Source: an uncultured Actinomycetes bacterium (GTDB lineage Bacteria > Actinomycetota > Acidimicrobiia > Spongiisociales > ZC4RG35). From it: a stretch of DNA of 64,000 bases. Of the stretch, positions 37,433 to 47,563 are shown in pieces. Below the pieces are notes generated by a model. The model was not told the DNA's origin. It ran no database searches and worked only from the letters and a program-made list of their open reading frames with translations. Position 1 is the first letter of the stretch; every line of letters starts with the position of its first letter. The stretch is taken from the NCBI GenBank assembly GCA_963730285.1, contig CAVSQY010000014.1, forward strand, positions 11,992-75,991. The letters are read 5' to 3'. The position numbers and the translations under genes are program-made.

Positions 37433-38476
37433 TCAGCGAATTATCAGCAATTCGTCGCCGAACTCGTGCCACAGATAGCCGGATGCCAGGGCACTCTCAT
37501 AGACGTCTTCCAGCCGTTGTCTCCCGCCCATTGCCTCCAGTAGGCGTAGGTGTGACGACCGGGGCTCGTGCCACCCGGTGAGCAGCCCATCGACCGCTCT
37601 GATGTCCCGCTCGGGTGAGATCACCAGATCGGTGAGACCGCTGCCAGGGTGCAAAGTCCCGTCGCGGCCGGCGACCGTCTCCAAAGCCCTGACGACGCTG
37701 GTGCCGACGGCGATCAGACGGCCTCCGGTCTCGCGAAGTCGATTCACCGTGTTGGCGGTGGTGGCTGAAACTCGGAATCGTTCCTCGCCGGGCGCTTCGT
37801 CGTCTTCGAAGGAGGAGACCCCGGTGTGAAGGGTGACGGGAACCACCACCACTCCATTTGCCACCAGCCGGGTCACCAGCTCTGTTGTGAATGGTCGTCC
37901 GGCGCTGGGCATCTCGGAGGAGCCCGGCTCGGTGGCGAAGACCGTCTGGTAATCCGCAAGGGGCCAATCCGGCCCGTCCACGTAGCGAATGGGGCTCCCG
38001 TGCCAGTCGAGGTACTCCTCGATCTTCCCGATTCTCTCCAGGGCGGCGATCCACAGTCGGGGCGACCGTGGGCTCCTGGCCATCAGACGTGCGGTCGCAT
38101 CGCCTTGGAGGGTCAGGGTCTGTGCATCGAGTCGTGGGCCGGGTGTGGTTCCGCCGCCCGGCCCGGCGGTTCGCACTTCGAGTGACCAAATCCCCTCGGC
38201 AAGGGGCGAGGCGAGATGGACCCGAACCCTGGCCCCGTCCTGGGTGGTCGCTTCGAGGGAGGCCGGGATGGTCTTCGAGTTGTTGACCACCAGTGCATCC
38301 CCTGGGCGCAAGAGTTCCGCGAGGTCGGTGAAGGTTCGATGTTCGATCGCACCTGTTGGCGCCCGGGAGACCATGAGACGCACCCCGTCCCGGGGGGCGC
38401 CGCGGTGTTCGGGCGGTCCGCTGGCAACGCTCGATTCGGGCATCGCGAAGTCGATGGAGCGACTCAGAAGTGTCAC
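37433..38476 (-). CDS. queA: S-adenosylmethionine:tRNA ribosyltransferase-isomerase (QueA) family protein
   Basis: Matches QueA motifs: DALVVNNSKTIPASL (cf. DLLVFNNTRVIPARL), RLIAVGTSVVRALETVA (cf. RVIAVGTTSVRSLE), GYLWHEFGDELLI (cf. YRFFSYGDAMFI). The ORF-track frame 37497..38528 is an Arg-rich artefact. Confidence 0.7.
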   Translation of the reverse strand: MTLLSRSIDFAMPESSVASGPPEHRGAPRDGVRLMVSRAPTGAIEHRTFTDLAELLRPGDALVVNNSKTIPASLEATTQDGARVRVHLASPLAEGIWSLEVRTAGPGGGTTPGPRLDAQTLTLQGDATARLMARSPRSPRLWIAALERIGKIEEYLDWHGSPIRYVDGPDWPLADYQTVFATEPGSSEMPSAGRPFTTELVTRLVANGVVVVPVTLHTGVSSFEDDEAPGEERFRVSATTANTVNRLRETGGRLIAVGTSVVRALETVAGRDGTLHPGSGLTDLVISPERDIRAVDGLLTGWHEPRSSHLRLLEAMGGRQRLEDVYESALASGYLWHEFGDELLIIR

Positions 38477-39168
38477 GAGCCGGTCTCGATGGCGCTTGCC
38501 TGATAGCGGCCTGAGGGCCGTCGCTCACTGAGGATCCTAAGCAGCGGCGGAACGCTCTCCTCCGGTGGGGGACGGTCGGAGATGTCCTCGCCGGGGAATG
38601 CCTGCTGATGCATGACGGTGTTCATGTCGCCGGGGTCGAACCAGATCACGGTGACATCGGGCTCCTCGGCGGCGAGCACATTTGATAACTGCTCCAGGGC
38701 CGCCTTCGAAGATCCATATCCTCCCCAACCCTCATATCCCTCGACGGCGGCGTCGGAGGTGATGTTCACGATCGTGCCGTGCCTCTCTCGCAACGAAGGG
38801 AGCGCAAGTTGGATGATTCCGAGTGGGCCCAGGACGTTGGCACGGTAGACCTCGTCGAGATCGGTGATGGGGTAGTCGGCGAGGTTCGGCTGTGGGCTTG
38901 GTCCCAACACCGAGGCGTTGTTGACCAGCAAGTCGATACCACCCTGGTCGATCGCCGCATCGACCAGGGCGTGGCGGTGTCCGTCGTCGCCGACGTCACC
39001 CGCCACTGCTCGGACGATGGTTTGGCCGGCCAGCTCGCGGGCCGCCTCATCCAATGCCTTCGATCCACGAGCGTCGATGACCAGTGACCACTTGTCAGCC
39101 GCAAGTGCTCGGGCCAGAGCCAGGCCGAATCCGCGCGAAGCGCCCGTGATCACCGCGATGTCACCCAT
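38473..39168 (-). CDS. SDR family oxidoreductase
   Basis: MGDIAVITGASRGFGLALA (TGxxxGxG), LLVNNASV, YGSSKAAL (YxxxK). Stop overlaps the queA start. Confidence 0.8.
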   Translation of the reverse strand: MGDIAVITGASRGFGLALARALAADKWSLVIDARGSKALDEAARELAGQTIVRAVAGDVGDDGHRHALVDAAIDQGGIDLLVNNASVLGPSPQPNLADYPITDLDEVYRANVLGPLGIIQLALPSLRERHGTIVNITSDAAVEGYEGWGGYGSSKAALEQLSNVLAAEEPDVTVIWFDPGDMNTVMHQQAFPGEDISDRPPPEESVPPLLRILSERRPSGRYQASAIETGS

Positions 39169-39292
39169 CGGACCTGACCAGCGTGCTTTCTGAGTTGGAC
39201 ATGGCGCCAAGTTACAACTTCAACCTAACTTGAAGTCAAGCGCCGGGAGTGGCCCAGCAAAGGCGAGGCCGTACAATTGGGGTCGACCAGAC

Positions 39293-39365
39293 GGGGACGT
39301 AGCTCAGCTGGAAGAGCACCGGCTTTGCAAGCCGGGGGTCGTGGGTTCGAGTCCCATCGTCTCCA
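39293..39365 (+). tRNA. tRNA-Ala (anticodon TGC)
   Basis: GGGGACGTAGCTCAGCTGGAAGAGCACCGGCTTTGCAAGCCGGGGGTCGTGGGTTCGAGTCCCATCGTCTCCA; G3:U70 wobble (Ala identity), anticodon loop TTTGCAA. Confidence 0.85.
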
Positions 39366-39435
39366 CCGACGTCGAAGCGGATTGAATCCGACGACACGGT
39401 GGTTGTATCTGACGGCAGAGACAAGAGGAGTTGAA

Positions 39436-40614
39436 ATGGCCAATGCGGTGATCGTCGATGCAGTCCGGACCCCGTCGGGCCGACGCAACGGAGTCTTCAA
39501 GGACTTCCATCCCGTCGATCTGGCGTCGATCCCTCTTCAGGCTCTGGTCGAGCGCAATCAGCTGGACCCCTCCACGATCGACGATGTGATCATGGGCACC
39601 GTCTCCCAGACCGGGGAGCAGGCATACAACGTCGGGCGAAATGCGGCTCTCGCCGCCGGTTTTCCCGAGGAAGTCCCCGGCGTCACCATCGATCGCCAGT
39701 GCGGGTCCTCCCAGCAGTCCGCTCACTTCGCCGCCCAGGCGATCATGGCCGGTGCACAGGACATCGTCCTCGCCGCGGGAGTGGAGAACATGACCCGGGT
39801 GCCGATGGGGATCACCGCTCAGCAAGGCCCGGGTCTTCCGTTTGGTGCCCGGATGCTGGAGCGGTATTCGCAGGGTTTGGTCCCACAAGGGATCTCGGCG
39901 GAGATGATCGCCGAGAAATGGGGTATCAGCCGTGAGGAGTTGGACACCCTTGCCCTCGAGTCGCACCGAAGGGCCGCCCGCGCCACCGACGAAGGCCGTT
40001 TCGAGGGCCAGATCATCCCGGTGGGTGTGATCGCCGAGGACGGATCGCATCAGACCGTGACCAAGGACGAGGGGATCCGCTGGGAAACATCGAAGGAGAA
40101 GCTGGCCGGCCTTCAGCCTGCCTTCAAGGCGGACGGGGTGGTCACAGCTGGGAACTCGTCTCAGATTTCCGACGGTGCCGCCGCATTACTCATCATGTCC
40201 GAGGAGAAGGCCACCGAGTTGGGGTTGACGCCGAAGGCGCGCTTCGTCGCCTTCGCCATGGCGGGTGTCGACCCGGTCATGATGCTGACAGGGCCGATCC
40301 CGGCGACCGAGAAGGTGCTGGCCCGAGCCGGGCTGAAGATGGACGAAATCGACCTGTTCGAAGTGAACGAGGCATTCGCCTCAGTGCCGGTTGCCTGGCG
40401 GATGGAGCTGGGCGGCACCGACCCCATGGGCTTGTGGGATCGGACCAACGTCAACGGCGGCGCCATTGCCCTCGGTCATCCGCTCGGGGCCTCCGGTGCC
40501 CGTCTCTTGACCACCCTGGTTTGGGAGCTGGAGCGAACCGGGGGCCGATACGGCCTGCAGACCATGTGCGAGGGTGGCGGCATGGCCAACGCCCTGATCA
40601 TCGAACGTCTCTAG
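39436..40614 (+). CDS. Acetyl-CoA C-acyltransferase (thiolase)
   Basis: SD agaggag; active-site Cys region QCGSSQQSAHFAAQAIMAG, C-terminal NVNGGAIALGHPLGASGARLLTTLVWEL...CEGGGMANALIIERL. Confidence 0.9.
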   Translation: MANAVIVDAVRTPSGRRNGVFKDFHPVDLASIPLQALVERNQLDPSTIDDVIMGTVSQTGEQAYNVGRNAALAAGFPEEVPGVTIDRQCGSSQQSAHFAAQAIMAGAQDIVLAAGVENMTRVPMGITAQQGPGLPFGARMLERYSQGLVPQGISAEMIAEKWGISREELDTLALESHRRAARATDEGRFEGQIIPVGVIAEDGSHQTVTKDEGIRWETSKEKLAGLQPAFKADGVVTAGNSSQISDGAAALLIMSEEKATELGLTPKARFVAFAMAGVDPVMMLTGPIPATEKVLARAGLKMDEIDLFEVNEAFASVPVAWRMELGGTDPMGLWDRTNVNGGAIALGHPLGASGARLLTTLVWELERTGGRYGLQTMCEGGGMANALIIERL

Positions 40615-40653
40615 GTGTCGGCGACGCCCGGCTCTTCCTCTCGTCGCTGAGCG

Positions 40654-40908
40654 ATGACCGGCAACACCGTCATCGACGTCCTCCTGGCTGTGGGAATGGG
40701 ATATGCCATCTGGCGTGGCTCGTTGTTCTTCATCAGGATGCTCTCCACGCCACCGCCCGAGATCGACCCAGACGATGTGGTGGCGGTCGACCAGGACTAC
40801 AAATGCACCGTCTGCGGCGCAGAGCTCACCATGCGTGCGATCAACATCCAAGACGACGCCGCCCCGCGCCATTGCCGTGAGGAGATGGTCCCCGTCTGGC
40901 GGCCGTAG
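40654..40908 (+). CDS. Small membrane protein with C-terminal Cys-rich (zinc-ribbon-like) motif, hypothetical
   Basis: TM VIDVLLAVGMGYAIW; CTVCGAEL...HCREE. Confidence 0.4.
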   Translation: MTGNTVIDVLLAVGMGYAIWRGSLFFIRMLSTPPPEIDPDDVVAVDQDYKCTVCGAELTMRAINIQDDAAPRHCREEMVPVWRP

Positions 40909-40947
40909 CTCTTGTTAGCGGAATCGGCGGGATTCAAGGGGTTTGGG

Positions 40948-41295
40948 TCACGGTTGGCTCATGAAGCGGACCGACATGTGGAGGTAGCCGTCTTCGTCGG
41001 GATGTTGGGCCCATATCTCGGTCCACTCGGGGTCGTCCCACATGGCAGGCCATCGGGCATCTCGTTCCTCGAGGCTCTCCCAACGAAGGATCCAGGTCAC
41101 ATTGGCCGATCCGTGCCGCAGATCCATCGGGTCGGCACCGGTGATTCGAGGTGAGATCCCACTGTCGAACCAGAGCCCTATGACGTCGAATCGATTGCTG
41201 AAGTACTCCAGTGCCGGCTCCCACCAACTCTTGTACTCGTCCCAGAGATCGCGTCGGAACCAGTAGTCCCGAAACTCGTATAGGCCATCGGCCAT
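40948..41295 (-). CDS. NIPSNAP-like family protein
   Basis: MADGLYEFRDYWFRRDLWDEYKSWWEPALEYF...NVTWILRWESLEERDARW; the ORF-track N-terminal extension (to 41388) is Pro/Arg-rich and unlikely. Confidence 0.55.
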   Translation of the reverse strand: MADGLYEFRDYWFRRDLWDEYKSWWEPALEYFSNRFDVIGLWFDSGISPRITGADPMDLRHGSANVTWILRWESLEERDARWPAMWDDPEWTEIWAQHPDEDGYLHMSVRFMSQP

Positions 41296-41303
41296 GGGAG
41301 GGG

Positions 41304-41585
41304 CTACCCCCAACCGAGCATGGGTCGTCCAAAGAAGAGGAGAATGAGGACGAAGGGGCCGCCGAGGAGGACGAGAACTCGCCCCCATTGGTTCGGGATG
41401 ACCCTCACGATCAGGGCCACTATCAGGATTCCCACTCCCCAGAGGCCGATGAGCATGGCCATGACGATGCGTTGGAGATCGCCGAATTCGGGGTCGTTGG
41501 CCCCTAAGAAACCCATCACTCCAATGACGATCGCCCCCACGATGTGAAGCCCGAGCAGGGCCCGGTCAAGCCTGGTCAGAGGCAT
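41304..41585 (-). CDS. Small integral membrane protein, hypothetical
   Basis: MPLTRLDRALLGLHIVGAIVIGVMGFLGAN...; three hydrophobic helices. Confidence 0.4.
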   Translation of the reverse strand: MPLTRLDRALLGLHIVGAIVIGVMGFLGANDPEFGDLQRIVMAMLIGLWGVGILIVALIVRVIPNQWGRVLVLLGGPFVLILLFFGRPMLGWG

Positions 41586-41846
41586 CCGCCGCGGCTTGTC
41601 GGTTGCAGTTGTCGACACCGATACACTCTCTGGCGCCTGTGTTCGGTGGTCCTGGCGCCGTCGCACAGAGTAGAGGTGCATTGTCGATTCCGACCGCTCT
41701 CGAAGCCGATTTCTTGGGCGATCCTCGGTCGTCGTATACCCAAATCACACCGCTGTAGTTATCCAGGGGTTTGTCCACAGGGTGTGGAGAACTACACGGG
41801 TGTAACTCTGTTCTCAGGCTCCCAACGATCGACTACGCTCGCCGAC

Positions 41847-42086
41847 GTGCCAGAGTCGAAACGTCGCAAGCCAAAGAGCGCACCGGTGTCCGCCACTTCT
41901 GCGGCCGCCGAAGCCCGATCCAAGGAGCCCAGCCCCACCTGGTACGTGGTGGTGATGGCGGGCCTGATGGTGATCGGGGTGATCCTGGTCCTGGTCAGAT
42001 TCGTGTTCCAGCTCGATCAGCTGGTCCTGGTCGGGGGTCTGGTGGCGATTGCGGCCGGATTCCTCATGACCACCAATTACCGCTAG
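41847..42086 (+). CDS. crgA: Cell division protein CrgA
   Basis: GTG start; VPESKRRKPKSAPVSATSAA...PSPTWYVVVMAGLMVIGVILVLVRFVF...LVGGLVAIAAGFLMTTNYR resembles CrgA (MPKSKVRKK...two TM). Conserved position next to pknB. Confidence 0.7.
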   Translation: MPESKRRKPKSAPVSATSAAAEARSKEPSPTWYVVVMAGLMVIGVILVLVRFVFQLDQLVLVGGLVAIAAGFLMTTNYR

Positions 42087-42096
42087 AGGGCCATAC

Positions 42097-44052
42097 CTAT
42101 CCGCCGCCGGTAGTCGTTGTAGTCGTCGGGACCGTGGTCGTGGTCGTCGTCGAAGTCGTCGTGGTCGGTGGCGCCTCGAACTTGCCCACGGTCACCGTGA
42201 CGATGTCACCGGGCACCAGGGTGGCCCCCACCTGAGGATTCTGGGAGACGATGGTCCCATCCTGACCGGGATCCGCCACGGGTTGGGTGGTGGTCGACAC
42301 CCGAAGCACCAGGCCGACGTCTTTGAGGATCGCATCCGCCTGGTCTGCAGTGAGGCCGGTCAATGATGGCACGTCCACCGGCTGGGGACCCCGGGAGACC
42401 ACGAGGAGGATGGTGTCGCCCGATTGGACCTCGAGCCCCGGCTCGGGATCGGTGCGGATGACCAGGCCGGTGTCGATCGTGCTCGAATACTCCTCGTTGA
42501 CGGTCACCTTCAGGCCAAGATCGGTGAGGGCCGCGGTGGCATCACGCTCGGTCTGCGTGGTGACATCGGGCAGCTCATAGACCTCGGGACCGGTCGACAC
42601 CACCAGGTTGACCGGGGCTTGTGACCCGATGCGAACCCCCGCACCCGGGTCCTGTTCGATGACCACGCCCTCGGCGAAGGTCGCGTCCGGGCGCTCGTCC
42701 ACCGTGCCCACGGTGAGGTTCGATTCCTCGAGGAGGCGGCGGGCGTTCTCCAACGTCTGGCCGATCAGCGGAGGCACCGGGAACTCCTCGGCACCCGTAG
42801 AGACATAGACCTGGATCACGGTGGCCTTGGCGGCCTGAGTCCCGAAGGGCGGGTTGGTCCGAGTCACATTCCCCACTTCTTCGGTGTCGGAGGACTCAAG
42901 GAACACGGTGACCTCGAAACCGTCCGCCTGGAGACGAGCCAGGGCGGCCTCTTGGGTCAGCCCGGTGACATTGGGGATTTCGATCAAATCGGACTCGTTG
43001 GTGCCGCCGGCCAGGCGGAAGAGGAAGAAGAGCAGGATTGCCAGGGCAATGAGAAGGCCAAATGCAGTCAGGATGAACGGAAGCTGAGACGCCGGTTCTT
43101 CCTCCAACTCGCGGTAGACCTCGTCGGGCGGCACCGTGGCAGGAGGCACCGGTGTCGTCATGAGCCTGGTCGAGCTGTCCCCGTTGCCCGGGACGCCGAC
43201 CGGAACTGCCAACGGCATCCCCACCGGCTCGCCCTTGAGCACGGTGAGCAGGTCAGAGCGCATCTCCGAGGCGGTCTGATAGCGAGCGACCGGGTCCTTT
43301 CGCATCGCCTTCGTAACCACCGCATCCAGCGACTGGGACACGTCGGAGTTCAGTGAGGAAGGGGTGGGTGCATCGGTGGAGACATGCTGGAAGGCAACCG
43401 ACATCGGGCTGTCACCGGTGTAGGGCGGGCGCCCGGTCAGCATCTCGTAGAGCACCACCCCGAGCGAGTAGACGTCGCTTCGCTCGTCGGCCGACGCCCC
43501 CTGGGCCTGCTCGGGACTGAAGTACGTGGCCGTGCCGATGACCGCACCGGTGCGGGTCAGCTCCTGGCTGTCGTCCCAGGCCCGGGCGATGCCGAAGTCG
43601 GTCACCTTCACCGTGCCGTCCTTTGCCAACAGGATGTTCCCCGGTTTGACGTCACGATGGACCAAACCGGCCTGGTGGGCAACCGAAAGGGCGGCGGCGA
43701 CTTCGGAGGCGATCTCGGTGGCACGTCGGGGAAGCAGGGCGCCCTCCGACTTGAGGACGTCGCGAAGCGAGCGACCGTCGACCAACTCCATCACGATGAA
43801 GTACGTGTTCTGGGCTTGGCCCCAGTCGTAGATGCCCACGATGTTGGGATGGCTCAGATTCGCCGCCGCCTGGGCCTCACGGCGGAATCTCTTCACGAAA
43901 GCCTCGTCGGCCGAGTATTGGGAGTGGAGGACCTTGATCGCCACTCTGCGGTTGAGCAGGGTGTCCACACCCTCATACACGTCGGCCATGCCACCTCGGG
44001 CGAGATGGGACGTGATCTGATAGCGATCTGTCAGTGTGGTCTGGGGTTCCAT
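42097..44052 (-). CDS. pknB: Ser/Thr protein kinase PknB with four C-terminal PASTA domains
   Basis: Kinase subdomains GGMADVYEG, VAIKVL, HRDVKPGNILL, DFGIA; TM; repeated PASTA units. ATG at 44052 preferred over the track's TTG at 44088. Confidence 0.9.
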   Translation of the reverse strand: MEPQTTLTDRYQITSHLARGGMADVYEGVDTLLNRRVAIKVLHSQYSADEAFVKRFRREAQAAANLSHPNIVGIYDWGQAQNTYFIVMELVDGRSLRDVLKSEGALLPRRATEIASEVAAALSVAHQAGLVHRDVKPGNILLAKDGTVKVTDFGIARAWDDSQELTRTGAVIGTATYFSPEQAQGASADERSDVYSLGVVLYEMLTGRPPYTGDSPMSVAFQHVSTDAPTPSSLNSDVSQSLDAVVTKAMRKDPVARYQTASEMRSDLLTVLKGEPVGMPLAVPVGVPGNGDSSTRLMTTPVPPATVPPDEVYRELEEEPASQLPFILTAFGLLIALAILLFFLFRLAGGTNESDLIEIPNVTGLTQEAALARLQADGFEVTVFLESSDTEEVGNVTRTNPPFGTQAAKATVIQVYVSTGAEEFPVPPLIGQTLENARRLLEESNLTVGTVDERPDATFAEGVVIEQDPGAGVRIGSQAPVNLVVSTGPEVYELPDVTTQTERDATAALTDLGLKVTVNEEYSSTIDTGLVIRTDPEPGLEVQSGDTILLVVSRGPQPVDVPSLTGLTADQADAILKDVGLVLRVSTTTQPVADPGQDGTIVSQNPQVGATLVPGDIVTVTVGKFEAPPTTTTSTTTTTTVPTTTTTTGGG

Positions 44053-44089
44053 AGGAGTCGACGGATTGTAGGAATGCTCCGGGTGCAAC

Positions 44090-45547
44090 TCACGGGGTTC
44101 TCTGCAGCCAGACCTGGATCAGCTGTGCTGCGATGGGCGCCGCCACCGACCCGCCCGAGGCCGATTCACCCAGGTCGCCACCCTCCTCGACCAGCACCGC
44201 CAGAGCGATCGAAGGATCTTCGACCGGGGCGAAGCCGATGAACCATGGGTTGGGAAGCCCGTTCGGGCCCGAGGACGTTCCGGTCTTCCCCGCCACCCGC
44301 ACGCCGGGCACCGCGGCACTCCGCCCGGTCCCTTCGGTGACTACCCGCTCCATCATCTGGGCGAGGACGTCGGATGTCGCCGGGTCCATGGCCCGGCCCA
44401 GCGGATTCGAGGTGAATGTCTTCACGGTGTTCCCATCGGCGTCGAATAGTCGATTGACCAGGTAGGGGGCGGGGGTTACTCCATGGTTCGCTACCGCCGC
44501 CGCCACCATTGCCATGTTTAACGGCGAAGCCCTGACATCGCGTTCCCCGATCCCGCTTTGGGCCAGGGCGGCCGGATCGTCGGCCAGCTCAGCCACCGGG
44601 TATGCCGCCTGGGGCACCTTCCAGGGAAAGTCCAGGTCGGTGTTGAAACCGAGGGCGTCGGCGGTGATCCCGATGTCCTCGGCGCCGAGCCGAACGGAGA
44701 GATCGGCGAACACCGTGTTGCAGGAGACCACGAACGCCTTGAGGAGCGTTATCGACTGGCCGTCGTTGCAGGATCGGCCGTTGGCATTGGATATGGTTGC
44801 CGTAGATCCGGGAAGGTCGAACGCGACCGGATCGGGGAATGTCGTCGACGGGTCGGCCTCGCCCGTGTCGAGGGCGGTGGCGGCCACAACCGTCTTGAAC
44901 GTCGATCCGGGCGGGTAGATCTCCTTCGTGGCACGGTCGTTGAGTGGTCGGGTCTCGTCGGCGAGCAGCCCTTCCCACATCGCGGCGGCATCGGCGCCGA
45001 GTAGCGACTCGGGGTCGAAGGACGGGGATGACACCGCGGCCAGGATGGCCCCGGTCCGCGGGTCGAGAGCCACCACCGCGCCTTTCTGACCACCCAGAGC
45101 CTCATAGGCGGCACGTTGCAACGGCGCATATACCGTCATCTCCAAGCTTTGAGGGCGAAGGTCGCGCCCCAGGATCACGGTGACCAGGTCGCTAATGGTC
45201 AGATCGCGTTTGGAGCGGAGCTCGCTCGAGTAGGCCAGCTCGAGACCGGACGATCCGACCAAGAAGGAGTTGTAGCCAACGATGTGGGCGAATGCCTCAC
45301 CTTCGGGGTATTCACGTTGGAACGACCGGGGATCGTCGGGGTCCTCCACCGAGCGCGCCACCACCGTCCCATCGGCGGTGACGATCAACCCTCTCTCCTT
45401 TCCCCGGTCGGCGAGGGCCGGTCGGGAGTTGCGAGGGTCGGCCTTGAGGGCGTCGGCATGGATCACCTGGATCCAGCTCACCGCCATGAGCAGGGCGAAG
45501 AACCCCACGAAGACCCCGAGGGAGAGACGCCGGATGGGGCCGTTCAT
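44090..45547 (-). CDS. pbpA: Penicillin-binding protein (transpeptidase), PbpA
   Basis: SxxK (PPGSTFKTV), SxN (SCN), KTG (GKTGTS). Overlaps the rodA stop (ATGA). Confidence 0.9.
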   Translation of the reverse strand: MNGPIRRLSLGVFVGFFALLMAVSWIQVIHADALKADPRNSRPALADRGKERGLIVTADGTVVARSVEDPDDPRSFQREYPEGEAFAHIVGYNSFLVGSSGLELAYSSELRSKRDLTISDLVTVILGRDLRPQSLEMTVYAPLQRAAYEALGGQKGAVVALDPRTGAILAAVSSPSFDPESLLGADAAAMWEGLLADETRPLNDRATKEIYPPGSTFKTVVAATALDTGEADPSTTFPDPVAFDLPGSTATISNANGRSCNDGQSITLLKAFVVSCNTVFADLSVRLGAEDIGITADALGFNTDLDFPWKVPQAAYPVAELADDPAALAQSGIGERDVRASPLNMAMVAAAVANHGVTPAPYLVNRLFDADGNTVKTFTSNPLGRAMDPATSDVLAQMMERVVTEGTGRSAAVPGVRVAGKTGTSSGPNGLPNPWFIGFAPVEDPSIALAVLVEEGGDLGESASGGSVAAPIAAQLIQVWLQRTP

Positions 45548-46851
45548 TGCGCTTCCTCATGGCTGATACGGAGGAGGAGGGCGACCAAGACCAGATTGCC
45601 GACCAGGGCCGATCCTCCATAGGACATGAACGGGAGGGTGATCCCGGTGAGCGGCACCAGACGGACGATGCCCCCGATGATGAGAAAGGTCTGGACTGCG
45701 AACACGAGAGTGAGACCGGCGGCGAGCAGCTTGCGGAAGGTGTCACGGCTTCTGAACGCGATACCGAGGCCGACGGTGATCACCAAGGCGAAAAGGGCCA
45801 GCACCGACACAGTGCCGGCAAATCCAAGCTCCTCACCGACCGCGGCGAAGATGAAGTCGGTGGAGGCATTGGGGATCAGATCGGGTCTTCCCAGCCCCGG
45901 CCCCGACCCGGAGAGCGATCCAGTGCCCATGGCGAATAGACCCTGGGCGATCTGATAGCCCTGGTCTTGGTAGTGATCGAAGGGGGCGAGCCAGGCGATG
46001 ATGCGCCGTTGCACGTGGTCGAAGGCGAGATATGAGGCCACCCCACCAATTGCCCCCAAGACTCCACCGGCCACCAGATAGCCCGCGGTGCCTGTGGCCG
46101 CGTAGATCAAGAGGACGAACCCGGCGAACAGGAGGATCGAGGCGCCGAGGTCTCGCTGTGAGATGAGTATCAGGACACTGACACCCCAGGTGAGCAGGAG
46201 TGGGATCAGCTGGCGCGGTTCAGGCAGGTGGATCGGGCCGATGGTCCGTCTCGCCTCGCGCAATGCCCGCTGGTGGTCCGCCAGGTAGGAGGCCACATAG
46301 GCGACCAGACCCAGCTTGGCCAGCTCCGCCGGTTGGAACTGGAGACTGGTGAACCCGGCGTCGAGAACGACCCAGAGCCGGGAGCCGTTGATCTCGAGCC
46401 CGCGGAGCGGGAAACCCCAATCGGAAGGAAGGTTCGGCATCAGGAGAAGGAGGGTGGAGATGAGCAATGTGATGTTGCGATAGGTGCGAAGGACGACGAT
46501 CGAGCTCCGGTTGAGCAGGGCCAGCACCAAGGCGGCGAGACCTGCCCCGATGAGGATCCACCACCTCTGGAGGGCTGCCCGGTCGGTCCCCAGGGCCAGA
46601 TCGAGACGATAGATCTCGAAGAATCCGAGGGCAGTGAGGGCGGCGATTGGAGCGACCAGCAATGGTGTCGCCCTCGGCGCAAAAGCTCTCACTGCCAGAT
46701 GAAGCCCACCAAAGGCGATGAGGAACACGAGGAAGGTGAGGGCGATCTGGGCGTCGATGTTGCGGTCCTGGGCGAAGTTGACCAGCGACAAGGCGAATGC
46801 GGCCAGCACCGAGGCCGCAACGATGGTGAGACCCTCGACGTTGCGAGTCAT
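45544..46851 (-). CDS. rodA: FtsW/RodA/SpoVE family peptidoglycan glycosyltransferase (RodA)
   Basis: ~10 TM; conserved RodA/FtsW C-terminal region PLTGITLPFMSYGGSA. Confidence 0.9.
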   Translation of the reverse strand: MTRNVEGLTIVAASVLAAFALSLVNFAQDRNIDAQIALTFLVFLIAFGGLHLAVRAFAPRATPLLVAPIAALTALGFFEIYRLDLALGTDRAALQRWWILIGAGLAALVLALLNRSSIVVLRTYRNITLLISTLLLLMPNLPSDWGFPLRGLEINGSRLWVVLDAGFTSLQFQPAELAKLGLVAYVASYLADHQRALREARRTIGPIHLPEPRQLIPLLLTWGVSVLILISQRDLGASILLFAGFVLLIYAATGTAGYLVAGGVLGAIGGVASYLAFDHVQRRIIAWLAPFDHYQDQGYQIAQGLFAMGTGSLSGSGPGLGRPDLIPNASTDFIFAAVGEELGFAGTVSVLALFALVITVGLGIAFRSRDTFRKLLAAGLTLVFAVQTFLIIGGIVRLVPLTGITLPFMSYGGSALVGNLVLVALLLRISHEEAQ

Positions 46852-46855
46852 GGGC

Positions 46856-47563
46856 TCAGGCGAGCACTTCGGCCACGATCACGGTGATGTTGTCGTGACC
46901 CCCGGCCTTGTTCGCCATTTCGATGAGGTTCCATGCCGTCTCCTCCACTGAACCCTCGGAGAGGCCCTTGTTGATTGCCACTGCCGGGACCATCGAGTTG
47001 AGCCCGTCGGAGCAGAGCAGGATCCGGTCCCCCGGCTCCAACTCGACTTCGAACTCGTCGACATTGATGAATCTGGTCAGCCCGAGACAGCGGGTGATGA
47101 TGTGACTCTGTGGGTGTTCTTCGGCCTCCTCGGCGGTGATCTCACCCAGTGAGACCAATTGAGCGGCCATGGTGTGATCCGAGGTGAGCTGGAGCAGTTG
47201 CCCTTCGTTGTGCAGATAGGCGCGGCTGTCCCCGACGTGGGCGAAGTGGGCGACACCCTCGGGGGTGAGCTCGACCAACGTCATGGTGGTCCCCATCCCC
47301 TCCAGGTCGGGTTGGCGAGCCACTTCTTCCCGGATGGCGCGATTGGCGGCCGCCACCCGATCACCCGGATCGAGGCCGGAGGATGCGGCGGCGTTGACGG
47401 CGAGCCGGGACGCCACCTCGCCGGCGACATGACCGCCCATGCCATCGGCCACCATCAGTGTCACCGGACCGTCCGATTCGCCGGAATCCTCGGGGAAGAG
47501 GGAGTCCTCGTTGTTCTTGCGGACCATTCCCTGATGGGTGGCTGAGGCCCAGACGTATCTCAC
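46856..47563 (-). CDS. pstP: PP2C-family Ser/Thr phosphatase (PstP-like, soluble catalytic domain only)
   Basis: MRYVWASATHQGMVRKNNEDS...MVADGMGGHVAGE...ILLCSDGL. Confidence 0.85.
   Translation of the reverse strand: MRYVWASATHQGMVRKNNEDSLFPEDSGESDGPVTLMVADGMGGHVAGEVASRLAVNAAASSGLDPGDRVAAANRAIREEVARQPDLEGMGTTMTLVELTPEGVAHFAHVGDSRAYLHNEGQLLQLTSDHTMAAQLVSLGEITAEEAEEHPQSHIITRCLGLTRFINVDEFEVELEPGDRILLCSDGLNSMVPAVAINKGLSEGSVEETAWNLIEMANKAGGHDNITVIVAEVLA

Noticed and set aside
37497-38528. 343-aa reverse-strand ORF (Arg/Pro/Gly-rich)
   Set aside because: Alternate frame of the queA homologue, which has convincing family motifs.
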